64,000 nucleotides of DNA from positions 13,082,001 to 13,146,000 of the forward strand of contig OZ059900.1 in the NCBI GenBank assembly GCA_964057225.1. The letters are read 5' to 3'. This DNA is from Auanema rhodensis. Its lineage: Eukaryota > Animalia > Nematoda. A program made the position numbers and the translations under genes. The notes under the pieces were generated by a model. That model did not search any database. It had not been told where the DNA came from and saw nothing but the letters and a program-made list of their open reading frames with translations. Positions 24,210 to 37,497 of the stretch are shown here, piece by piece (positions within the stretch are counted from its first letter, which is position 1; each line of letters begins with the position of its first letter).

Positions 24210-27200
24210 AAATCTATTCAGGAAACTTATGAACTGTTCTAGCCTATCGCCGAATATGTGATCAGTGTACAAAGCTATACAAAGCTTTATCCGGTCAAAC
24301 TATAATGTAAAAGACGCGTCATGTTCATATTCAAATTTGTTTTGCTTTGGCATCTATAGTGTCATATAATCATACTAAGACAGACAGTTTTCAATATTGC
24401 ACACTCATGGTGTGCTTTCCAAAATGTATTTCCAACTCAGAAGTTCTCTGGTTAGATTGAGATACTACCTCTAACTTGGGTAATTAAACCAAATCTATTC
24501 AGGAAACTTATGAACTGTTCTAGCCTATCGCCGTATATGTGATCAGTGTACAAAGCTATACAAAGCTATACAAAGTTTTATCCTGTCAAACTATAATGTA
24601 AAAGACGCGTCATGTTCATGATCAAATTCATATTGCTTAATCATCTATAGTGTCATATAATCATACTAAGACAGACAGTTTTCAATATTGCACACTCATG
24701 GTGTGCTTTCCAAAATGTATTTCCAACTCAGAAGTTCTCTGGTTAGATTGAGATACTACCTCTAACTTGGGTAATTAAACCATATCTATTCAGGAAACTT
24801 ATGAACTGTTCTAGCCTATCGCCGTATATCTGATCAGTGTACAAAGCTATACAAAGCTATACAAAGTTTTATCCTGTCAAACTATAATGTAAAAGACGCG
24901 TCATGGTCATATTCAAATTTGTTTTGCTTTGGCATCTATAGTGATCATATAATCATACTAAGACAGACAGTTTTCAATATTGCACACTCATGGTGTGCTT
25001 TCCAAAATGTATTTCCAACTCAGAAGTTCTCTGGTTAGATTGAGATACTACCTCTAACTTGGGTAATTAAACCAAATCTATTCAGGAAACTTATGAACTG
25101 TTCTAGCCTATCGCCGAATATGTGATCAGTGTACAAAGCTATACAAAGCTTTATCCGGTGAAACTATAATGTAAAAGACGCGTCATGTTCATATTCAAAT
25201 TTGTTTTGCTTTGGCATCTATAGTGTCATATAATCATACTAAGACAGACAGTTTTCAATATTGCACACTCATGGTGTGCTTTCCAAAATGTATTTCCAAC
25301 TCAGAAGTTCTCTGGTTAGATTGAGATACTACCTCTAACTTGGGTATTTAAACCAAATCTATTCAGGAAACTTATGAACTGTTCTAGCCTATCGCCGAAT
25401 ATGTGATCAGGGTACAAAGCTATACAAAGCTTTATCCGGTCAAACTATAATGTAAAAGACGCGTCATGTTCATATTCAAATTTGTTTTGCTTTGGCATCT
25501 ATAGTGTCATATAATCATACTAAGACAGACAGTTTTCAATATTGCACACTCATGGTGTGCTTTCCAAAATGTATTTCCAACTCAGAAGTTCTCTGGTTAG
25601 ATTGAGATACTACCTCTAACTTGGGTATTTAAACCAAATCTATTCAGGAAACTTATGAACTGTTCTAGCCTATCGCCGAATATGTGATCAGGGTACAAAG
25701 CTATACAAAGCTTTATCCGGTCAAACTATAATGTAAAAGACGCGTCATGTTCATATTCAAATTTGTTTTGCTTTGGCATCTATAGTGTTATATAATCATA
25801 CTAAGACAGACAGTTTTCAATATTGCACACTCATGGTGTGCTTTCCAAAATGTATTTCCAACTCAGAAGTTCTCTGGTTAGATTGAGATACTACCTCTAA
25901 CTTGGGTAATTAAACCAAATCTATTCAGGAAACTTATGAACTGTTCTAGCCTATCGCCGTATATGTGATCAGTGTACAAAGCTATACAAAGCTATACAAA
26001 GTTTTATCCTGTCAAACTATAATGTAAAAGACGCGTCATGTTCATGATCAAATTCATATTGCTTAATCATCTATAGTGTCATATAATCATACTAAGACAG
26101 ACAGTTTTCAATATTGCACACTCATGGTGTGCTTTCCAAAATGTATTTCCAACTCAGAAGTTCTCTGGTTAGATTGAGATACTACCTCTAACTTGGGTAA
26201 TTAAACCATATCTATTCAGGAAACTTATGAACTGTTCTAGCCTATCGCCGTATATCTGATCAGTGTACAAAGCTATACAAAGCTATACAAAGTTTTATCC
26301 TGTCAAACTATAATGTAAAAGACGCGTCATGGTCATATTCAAATTTGTTTTGCTTTGGCATCTATAGTGATCATATAATCATACTAAGACAGACAGTTTT
26401 CAATATTGCACACTCATGGTGTGCTTTCCAAAATGTATTTCCAACTCAGAAGTTCTCTGGTTAGATTGAGATACTACCTCTAACTTGGGTAATTAAACCA
26501 AATCTATTCAGGAAACTTATGAACTGTTCTAGCCTATCGCCGAATATGTGATCAGTGTACAAAGCTATACAAAGCTTTATCCGGTGAAACTATAATGTAA
26601 AAGACGCGTCATGTTCATATTCAAATTTGTTTTGCTTTGGCATCTATAGTGTCATATAATCATACTAAGACAGACAGTTTTCAATATTGCACACTCATGG
26701 TGTGCTTTCCAAAATGTATTTCCAACTCAGAAGTTCTCTGGTTAGATTGAGATACTACCTCTAACTTGGGTATTTAAACCAAATCTATTCAGGAAACTTA
26801 TGAACTGTTCTAGCCTATCGCCGAATATGTGATCAGTGTACAAAGCTATACAAAGCTTTATCCGGTCAAACTATAATGTAAAAGACGCGTCATGTTCATA
26901 TTCAAATTTGTTTTGCTTTGGCATCTATAGTGTCATATAATCATACTAAGACAGACAGTTTTCAATATTGCACACTCATGGTGTGCTTTCCAAAATGTAT
27001 TTCCAACTCAGAAGTTCTCTGGTTAGATTGAGATACTACCTCTAACTTGGGTAATTAAACCAAATCTATTCAGGAAACTTATGAACTGTTCTAGCCTATC
27101 GCCGTATATGTGATCAGTGTACAAAGCTATACAAAGCTATACAAAGTTTTATCCTGTCAAACTATAATGTAAAAGACGCGTCATGTTCATGATCAAATTC

Positions 27201-28684
27201 ATATTGCTTAATCATCTATAGTGTCATATAATCATACTAAGACAGACAGTTTTCAATATTGCACACTCATGGTGTGCTTTCCAAAATGTATTTCCAACTC
27301 AGAAGTTCTCTGGTTAGATTGAGATACTACCTCTAACTTGGGTAATTAAACCATATCTATTCAGGAAACTTATGAACTGTTCTAGCCTATCGCCGTATAT
27401 CTGATCAGTGTACAAAGCTATACAAAGCTATACAAAGTTTTATCCTGTCAAACTATAATGTAAAAGACGCGTCATGGTCATATTCAAATTTGTTTTGCTT
27501 TGGCATCTATAGTGATCATATAATCATACTAAGACAGACAGTTTTCAATATTGCACACTCATGGTGTGCTTTCCAAAATGTATTTCCAACTCAGAAGTTC
27601 TCTGGTTAGATTGAGATACTACCTCTAACTTGGGTAATTAAACCAAATCTATTCAGGAAACTTATGAACTGTTCTAGCCTATCGCCGAATATGTGATCAG
27701 TGTACAAAGCTATACAAAGCTTTATCCGGTGAAACTATAATGTAAAAGACGCGTCATGTTCATATTCAAATTTGTTTTGCTTTGGCATCTATAGTGTCAT
27801 ATAATCATACTAAGACAGACAGTTTTCAATATTGCACACTCGTGGTGTGCTTTCCAAAATGTATTTCCAACTCAGAAGTTCTCTGGTTAGATTGAGATAC
27901 TACCTCTAACTTGGGTAATTAAACCAAATCTATTCAGGAAACTTATGAACTGTTCTAGCCTATCGCCGTATATGTGATCAGTGTACAAAGCTATACAAAG
28001 CTATACAAAGCTTTATCCGGTGAAACTATAATGTAAAAGACGCGTCATGTTCATATTCAAATTTGTTTTGCTTTGGCATCTATAGTGTCATATAATCATA
28101 CTAAGACAGACAGTTTTCAATATTGCACACTCATGGTGTGCTTTCCAAAATGTATTTCCAACTCAGAAGTTCTCTGGTTAGATTGAGATACTACCTCTAA
28201 CTTGGGTAATTAAACCAAATCTATTCAGGAAACTTATGAACTGTTCTAGCCTATCGCCGAATATGTGATCAGTGTACAAAGCTATACAAAGCTTTATCCG
28301 GTGAAACTATAATGTAAAAGACGCGTCATGTTCATATTCAAATTTGTTTTGCTTTGGCATCTATAGTGTCATATAATCATACTAAGACAGACAGTTTTCA
28401 ATATTGCACACTCGTGGTGTGCTTTCCAAAATGTATTTCCAACTCAGAAGTTCTCTGGTTAGATTGAGATACTACCTCTAACTTGGGTAATTAAACCAAA
28501 TCTATTCAGGAAACTTATGAATTGTTCTAGCCTATCGCCGTATATGTGATCAGGGTACAAAGCTATACAAAGCTTTAACAAGTCAAACTATAATGTAAAA
28601 GACGCGTCATGTTCATATTCAAATTTGTTTTGTTTTGGCATCTATAGTGTCATATAATCATACTAAGACAGACAGTTTTCAATA

Positions 28685-28778
28685 TTGCACACTCATGGTG
28701 TGCTTTCCAAAATGTATTTTCAACTCAGAAGTTCTCTTTTTAGATTGAGATACTACCTCTAACTTGGGTAATTAAACC
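28685..28778 (-). pseudogene. SL RNA copy with disrupted stem-loop II
   Basis: On the plus strand CTCTGGTTAG becomes CTCTTTTTAG and TTTCC becomes TTTTC, removing three C-G pairs of the predicted stem II. Loss of function is inferred. Confidence 0.45.
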
Positions 28779-31700
28779 AAATCTATTCAGGAAACTTATG
28801 AACTGTTCTAGCCTATCGCCGTATATGTGATCAGTGTACAAAGCTATACAAAGCTTTATCGGGTCAAACTATAATGTAAAAGACGCGTCATGTTCATATT
28901 CAAATTTGTTTTGCTTTGGCATCTATAGTGTCATATAATCATACTAAGACAGACAGTTTTCAATATTGCACACTCATGGTGTGCTTTCCAAAATGTATTT
29001 CCAACTCAGAAGTTCTCTGGTTAGATTGAGATACTACCTCTAACTTGGGTAATTAAACCAGTCTATTCAGGAAACTTATGAACTGTTCTAGCCTATCGCC
29101 GTATATGTGATCAGTGTACAAAGCTATACAAAGCTATACAAAGCTTTATCCGGTGAAACTATAATGTAAAAGACGCGTCATGTTCATATTCAAATTTGTT
29201 TTGCTTTGGCATCTATAGTGTCATATAATCATACTAAGACAGACAGTTTTCAATATTGCACACTCATGGTGTGCTTTCCAAAATGTATTTCCAACTCAGA
29301 AGTTCTCTGGTTAGATTGAGATACTACCTCTAACTTGGGTAATTAAACCAAATCTATTCAGGAAACTTATGAACTGTTCTAGCCTGTCGCCGTATATGTG
29401 ATCAGTGTACAAAGCTATACAAAGCTTTATCGGGTCAAACTATAATGTAAAAGACGCGTCATGTTCATATTCAAATTTGTTTTGCTTTGGCATCTATAGT
29501 GTCATATAATCATACTAAGACAGACAGTTTTCAATATTGCACACTCATGGTGTGCTTTCCAAAATGTATTTCCAACTCAGAAGTTCTCTGGTTAGATTGA
29601 GATACTACCTCTAACTTGGGTATTTAAACCAAATCTATTCAGGAAACTTATGAACTGTTCTAGCCTATCGCCGAATATGTGATCAGTGTACAAAGCTATA
29701 CAAAGCTTTATCCGGTCAAACTATAATGTAAAAGACGCGTCATGTTCATATTCAAATTTGTTTTGCTTTGGCATCTATAGTGTCATATAATCATACTAAG
29801 ACAGACAGTTTTCAATATTGCACACTCATGGTGTGCTTTCCAAAATGTATTTCCAACTCAGAAGTTCTCTGGTTAGATTGAGATACTACCTCTAACTTGG
29901 GTAATTAAACCAAATCTATTCAGGAAACTTATGAACTGTTCTAGCCTATCGCCGTATATGTGATCAGTGTACAAAGCTATACAAAGCTATACAAAGTTTT
30001 ATCCTGTCAAACTATAATGTAAAAGACGCGTCATGTTCATGATCAAATTCATATTGCTTAATCATCTATAGTGTCATATAATCATACTAAGACAGACAGT
30101 TTTCAATATTGCACACTCATGGTGTGCTTTCCAAAATGTATTTCCAACTCAGAAGTTCTCTGGTTAGATTGAGATACTACCTCTAACTTGGGTAATTAAA
30201 CCATATCTATTCAGGAAACTTATGAACTGTTCTAGCCTATCGCCGTATATCTGATCAGTGTACAAAGCTATACAAAGCTATACAAAGTTTTATCCTGTCA
30301 AACTATAATGTAAAAGACGCGTCATGGTCATATTCAAATTTGTTTTGCTTTGGCATCTATAGTGATCATATAATCATACTAAGACAGACAGTTTTCAATA
30401 TTGCACACTCATGGTGTGCTTTCCAAAATGTATTTCCAACTCAGAAGTTCTCTGGTTAGATTGAGATACTACCTCTAACTTGGGTAATTAAACCAAATCT
30501 ATTCAGGAAACTTATGAACTGTTCTAGCCTATCGCCGAATATGTGATCAGTGTACAAAGCTATACAAAGCTTTATCCGGTGAAACTATAATGTAAAAGAC
30601 GCGTCATGTTCATATTCAAATTTGTTTTGCTTTGGCATCTATAGTGTCATATAATCATACTAAGACAGACAGTTTTCAATATTGCACACTCGTGGTGTGC
30701 TTTCCAAAATGTATTTCCAACTCAGAAGTTCTCTGGTTAGATTGAGATACTACCTCTAACTTGGGTAATTAAACCAAATCTATTCAGGAAACTTATGAAC
30801 TGTTCTAGCCTATCGCCGTATATGTGATCAGTGTACAAAGCTATACAAAGCTATACAAAGCTTTATCCGGTGAAACTATAATGTAAAAGACGCGTCATGT
30901 TCATATTCAAATTTGTTTTGCTTTGGCATCTATAGTGTCATATAATCATACTAAGACAGACAGTTTTCAATATTGCACACTCATGGTGTGCTTTCCAAAA
31001 TGTATTTCCAACTCAGAAGTTCTCTGGTTAGATTGAGATACTACCTCTAACTTGGGTAATTAAACCAAATCTATTCAGGAAACTTATGAACTGTTCTAGC
31101 CTATCGCCGAATATGTGATCAGTGTACAAAGCTATACAAAGCTTTATCCGGTGAAACTATAATGTAAAAGACGCGTCATGTTCATATTCAAATTTGTTTT
31201 GCTTTGGCATCTATAGTGTCATATAATCATACTAAGACAGACAGTTTTCAATATTGCACACTCGTGGTGTGCTTTCCAAAATGTATTTCCAACTCAGAAG
31301 TTCTCTGGTTAGATTGAGATACTACCTCTAACTTGGGTAATTAAACCAAATCTATTCAGGAAACTTATGAACTGTTCTAGCCTATCGCCGTATATGTGAT
31401 CAGTGTACAAAGCTATACAAAGCTATACAAAGCTTTATCCGGTGAAACTATAATGTAAAAGACGCGTCATGTTCATATTCAAATTTGTTTTGCTTTGGCA
31501 TCTATAGTGTCATATAATCATACTAAGACAGACAGTTTTCAATATTGCACACTCATGGTGTGCTTTCCAAAATGTATTTCCAACTCAGAAGTTCTCTGGT
31601 TAGATTGAGATACTACCTCTAACTTGGGTAATTAAACCAAATCTATTCAGGAAACTTATGAACTGTTCTAGCCTATCGCCGTATATGTGATCAGTGTACA

Positions 31701-32668
31701 AAGCTATACAAAGCTTTATCGGGTCAAACTATAATGTAAAAGACGCGTCATGTTCATATTCAAATTTGTTTTGCTTTGGCATCTATAGTGTCATATAATC
31801 ATACTAAGACAGACAGTTTTCAATATTGCACACTCATGGTGTGCTTTCCAAAATGTATTTCCAACTCTGAAGTTTTCTGGTTAGATTGAGATACTACCTC
31901 TAACTTGGGTAATTAAACCAAATCTATTCAGGAAACTTATGAACTGTTCTAGCCTATCGCCGTATATGTGATCAGTGTACAAAGCTATACAAAGCTTTAT
32001 CGGGTCAAACTATAATGTAAAAGACGCGTCATGTTCATATTCAAATTTGTTTTGCTTTGGCATCTATAGTGTCATATAATCATACTAAGACAGACAGTTT
32101 TCAATATTGCACACTCATGGTGTGCTTTCCAAAATGTATTTTCAACTCAGAAGTTCTCTGGTTAGATTGAGATACTACCTCTAACTTGGGTAATTAAACC
32201 AAATCTATTCAGGAAACTTATGAACTGTTCTAGCCTATCGCCGTATATGTGATCAGTGTACAAAGCTATACAAAGCTTTATCGGGTCAAACTATAATGTA
32301 AAAGACGCGTCATGTTCATATTCAAATTTGTTTTGCTTTGGCATCTATAGTGTCATATAATCATACTAAGACAGACAGTTTTCAATATTGCACACTCATG
32401 GTGTGCTTTCCAAAATGTATTTCCAACTCAGAAGTTCTCTGGTTAGATTGAGATACTACCTCTAACTTGGGTATTTAAACCAAATCTATTCAGGAAACTT
32501 ATGAACTGTTCTAGCCTATCGCCGAATATGTGATCAGTGTACAAAGCTATACAAAGCTTTATCCGGTCAAACTATAATGTAAAAGACGCGTCATGTTCAT
32601 ATTCAAATTTGTTTTGCTTTGGCATCTATAGTGTCATATAATCATACTAAGACAGACAGTTTTCAATA

Positions 32669-32762
32669 TTGCACACTCATGGTGTGCTTTCCAAAATGTA
32701 TTTCCAACTCAGAAGTTCTCTGGTTAGATTGAGATACTATCTCTAACTTGGGTAATTAAACC
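32669..32762 (-). pseudogene. SL RNA copy with dead splice donor (GT to AT)
   Basis: A plus-strand C to T at 32740 (TACTATCTCTAAC) changes the first intron base from G to A. Confidence 0.7.
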
Positions 32763-32959
32763 AAATCTATTCAGGAAACTTATGAACTGTTCTAGCCTAT
32801 CGCCGTATATGTGATCAGTGTACAAAGCTATACAAAGCTATACAAAGTTTTATCCTGTCAAACTATAATGTAAAAGACGCGTCATGTTCATGATCAAATT
32901 CATATTGCTTAATCATCTATAGTGTCATATAATCATACTAAGACAGACAGTTTTCAATA

Positions 32960-35900
32960 TTGCACACTCATGGTGTGCTTTCCAAAATGTATTTCCAACT
33001 CAGAAGTTCTCTGGTTAGATTGAGATACTACCTCTAACTTGGGTAATTAAACCATATCTATTCAGGAAACTTATGAACTGTTCTAGCCTATCGCCGTATA
33101 TCTGATCAGTGTACAAAGCTATACAAAGCTATACAAAGTTTTATCCTGTCAAACTATAATGTAAAAGACGCGTCATGGTCATATTCAAATTTGTTTTGCT
33201 TTGGCATCTATAGTGATCATATAATCATACTAAGACAGACAGTTTTCAATATTGCACACTCATGGTGTGCTTTCCAAAATGTATTTCCAACTCAGAAGTT
33301 CTCTGGTTAGATTGAGATACTACCTCTAACTTGGGTAATTAAACCAAATCTATTCAGGAAACTTATGAACTGTTCTAGCCTATCGCCGAATATGTGATCA
33401 GTGTACAAAGCTATACAAAGCTTTATCCGGTGAAACTATAATGTAAAAGACGCGTCATGTTCATATTCAAATTTGTTTTGCTTTGGCATCTATAGTGTCA
33501 TATAATCATACTAAGACAGACAGTTTTCAATATTGCACACTCGTGGTGTGCTTTCCAAAATGTATTTCCAACTCAGAAGTTCTCTGGTTAGATTGAGATA
33601 CTACCTCTAACTTGGGTAATTAAACCAAATCTATTCAGGAAACTTATGAACTGTTCTAGCCTATCGCCGTATATGTGATCAGTGTACAAAGCTATACAAA
33701 GCTTTATCGGGTCAAACTATAATGTAAAAGACGCGTCATGTTCATATTCAAATTTGTTTTGCTTTGGCATCTATAGTGTCATATAATCATACTAAGACAG
33801 ACAGTTTTCAATATTGCACACTCATGGTGTGCTTTCCAAAATGTATTTTCAACTCAGAAGTTCTCTGGTTAGATTGAGATACTACCTCTAACTTGGGTAA
33901 TTAAACCAAATCTATTCAGGAAACTTATGAACTGTTCTAGCCTATCGCCGTATATGTGATCAGTGTACAAAGCTATACAAAGCTTTATCGGGTCAAACTA
34001 TAATGTAAAAGACGCGTCATGTTCATATTCAAATTTGTTTTGCTTTGGCATCTATAGTGTCATATAATCATACTAAGACAGACAGTTTTCAATATTGCAC
34101 ACTCATGGTGTGCTTTCCAAAATGTATTTCCAACTCAGAAGTTCTCTGGTTAGATTGAGATACTACCTCTAACTTGGGTAATTAAACCAAATCTATTCAG
34201 GAAACTTATGAACTGTTCTAGCCTATCGCCGTATATGTGATCAGTGTACAAAGCTATACAAAGCTATACAAAGCTTTATCCGGTGAAACTATAATGTAAA
34301 AGACGCGTCATGTTCATATTCAAATTTGTTTTGCTTTGGCATCTATAGTGTCATATAATCATACTAAGACAGACAGTTTTCAATATTGCACACTCATGGT
34401 GTGCTTTCCAAAATGTATTTCCAACTCAGAAGTTCTCTGGTTAGATTGAGATACTACCTCTAACTTGGGTAATTAAACCAAATCTATTCAGGAAACTTAT
34501 GAACTGTTCTAGCCTATCGCCGTATATGTGATCAGTGTACAAAGCTATACAAAGCTTTATCGGGTCAAACTATAATGTAAAAGACGCGTCATGTTCATAT
34601 TCAAATTTGTTTTGCTTTGGCATCTATAGTGTCATATAATCATACTAAGACAGACAGTTTTCAATATTGCACACTCATGGTGTGCTTTCCAAAATGTATT
34701 TCCAACTCAGAAGTTTTCTGGTTAGATTGAGATACTACCTCTAACTTGGGTAATTAAACCAAATCTATTCAGGAAACTTATGAACTGTTCTAGCCTATCG
34801 CCGTATATGTGATCAGTGTACAAAGCTATACAAAGCTTTATCGGGTCAAACTATAATGTAAAAGACGCGTCATGTTCATATTCAAATTTGTTTTGCTTTG
34901 GCATCTATAGTGTCATATAATCATACTAAGACAGACAGTTTTCAATATTGCACACTCATGGTGTGCTTTCCAAAATGTATTTTCAACTCAGAAGTTCTCT
35001 GGTTAGATTGAGATACTACCTCTAACTTGGGTAATTAAACCAAATCTATTCAGGAAACTTATGAACTGTTCTAGCCTATCGCCGTATATGTGATCAGTGT
35101 ACAAAGCTATACAAAGCTTTATCGGGTCAAACTATAATGTAAAAGACGCGTCATGTTCATATTCAAATTTGTTTTGCTTTGGCATCTATAGTGTCATATA
35201 ATCATACTAAGACAGACAGTTTTCAATATTGCACACTCATGGTGTGCTTTCCAAAATGTATTTCCAACTCAGAAGTTCTCTGGTTAGATTGTGATACTAC
35301 CTCTAACTTGGGTAATTAAACCATATCTATTCAGGAAACTTATGAACTGTTCTAGCCTATCGCCGTATATCTGATCAGTGTACAAAGCTATACAAAGCTA
35401 TACAAAGTTTTATCCTGTCAAACTATAATGTAAAAGACGCGTCATGGTCATATTCAAATTTGTTTTGCTTTGGCATCTATAGTGATCATATAATCATACT
35501 AAGACAGACAGTTTTCAATATTGCACACTCATGGTGTGCTTTCCAAAATGTATTTCCAACTCAGAAGTTCTCTGGTTAGATTGAGATACTACCTCTAACT
35601 TGGGTAATTAAACCAAATCTATTCAGGAAACTTATGAACTGTTCTAGCCTATCGCCGAATATGTGATCAGTGTACAAAGCTATACAAAGCTTTATCCGGT
35701 GAAACTATAATGTAAAAGACGCGTCATGTTCATATTCAAATTTGTTTTGCTTTGGCATCTATAGTGTCATATAATCATACTAAGACAGACAGTTTTCAAT
35801 ATTGCACACTCGTGGTGTGCTTTCCAAAATGTATTTCCAACTCAGAAGTTCTCTGGTTAGATTGAGATACTACCTCTAACTTGGGTAATTAAACCAAATC

Positions 35901-37497
35901 TATTCAGGAAACTTATGAACTGTTCTAGCCTATCGCCGTATATGTGATCAGTGTACAAAGCTATACAAAGCTTTATCGGGTCAAACTATAATGTAAAAGA
36001 CGCGTCATGTTCATATTCAAATTTGTTTTGCTTTGGCATCTATAGTGTCATATAATCATACTAAGACAGACAGTTTTCAATATTGCACACTCATGGTGTG
36101 CTTTCCAAAATGTATTTTCAACTCAGAAGTTCTCTGGTTAGATTGAGATACTACCTCTAACTTGGGTAATTAAACCAAATCTATTCAGGAAACTTATGAA
36201 CTGTTCTAGCCTATCGCCGTATATGTGATCAGTGTACAAAGCTATACAAAGCTTTATCGGGTCAAACTATAATGTAAAAGACGCGTCATGTTCATATTCA
36301 AATTTGTTTTGCTTTGGCATCTATAGTGTCATATAATCATACTAAGACAGACAGTTTTCAATATTGCACACTCATGGTGTGCTTTCCAAAATGTATTTCC
36401 AACTCAGAAGTTCTCTGGTTAGATTGAGATACTACCTCTAACTTGGGTAATTAAACCAAATCTATTCAGGAAACTTATGAACTGTTCTAGCCTATCGCCG
36501 TATATGTGATCAGTGTACAAAGCTATACAAAGCTATACAAAGCTTTATCCGGTGAAACTATAATGTAAAAGACGCGTCATGTTCATATTCAAATTTGTTT
36601 TGCTTTGGCATCTATAGTGTCATATAATCATACTAAGACAGACAGTTTTCAATATTGCACACTCATGGTGTGCTTTCCAAAATGTATTTCCAACTCAGAA
36701 GTTCTCTGGTTAGATTGAGATACTACCTCTAACTTGGGTAATTAAACCAAATCTATTCAGGAAACTTATGAACTGTTCTAGCCTATCGCCGTATATGTGA
36801 TCAGTGTACAAAGCTATACAAAGCTTTATCGGGTCAAACTATAATGTAAAAGACGCGTCATGTTCATATTCAAATTTGTTTTGCTTTGGCATCTATAGTG
36901 TCATATAATCATACTAAGACAGACAGTTTTCAATATTGCACACTCATGGTGTGCTTTCCAAAATGTATTTCCAACTCAGAAGTTTTCTGGTTAGATTGAG
37001 ATACTACCTCTAACTTGGGTAATTAAACCAAATCTATTCAGGAAACTTATGAACTGTTCTAGCCTATCGCCGTATATGTGATCAGTGTACAAAGCTATAC
37101 AAAGCTTTATCGGGTCAAACTATAATGTAAAAGACGCGTCATGTTCATATTCAAATTTGTTTTGCTTTGGCATCTATAGTGTCATATAATCATACTAAGA
37201 CAGACAGTTTTCAATATTGCACACTCATGGTGTGCTTTCCAAAATGTATTTTCAACTCAGAAGTTCTCTGGTTAGATTGAGATACTACCTCTAACTTGGG
37301 TAATTAAACCAAATCTATTCAGGAAACTTATGAACTGTTCTAGCCTATCGCCGTATATGTGATCAGTGTACAAAGCTATACAAAGCTTTATCGGGTCAAA
37401 CTATAATGTAAAAGACGCGTCATGTTCATATTCAAATTTGTTTTGCTTTGGCATCTATAGTGTCATATAATCATACTAAGACAGACAGTTTTCAATA
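32960..37497. repeat. Tandem duplication of an 8-monomer unit (2269 bp)
   Basis: The variant order at 32960-35228 is repeated at 35229-37497, with one private difference (TTGTGAT near 35292). Confidence 0.88.

Larger units (their letters stand above)
24116..33532. repeat. Region with a recurring 4-monomer higher-order unit (1145 bp)
   Basis: A 281+291+292+281 unit with the same marker variants starts at 24116, 25542, 26687, 29537 and 32388. Confidence 0.85.
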
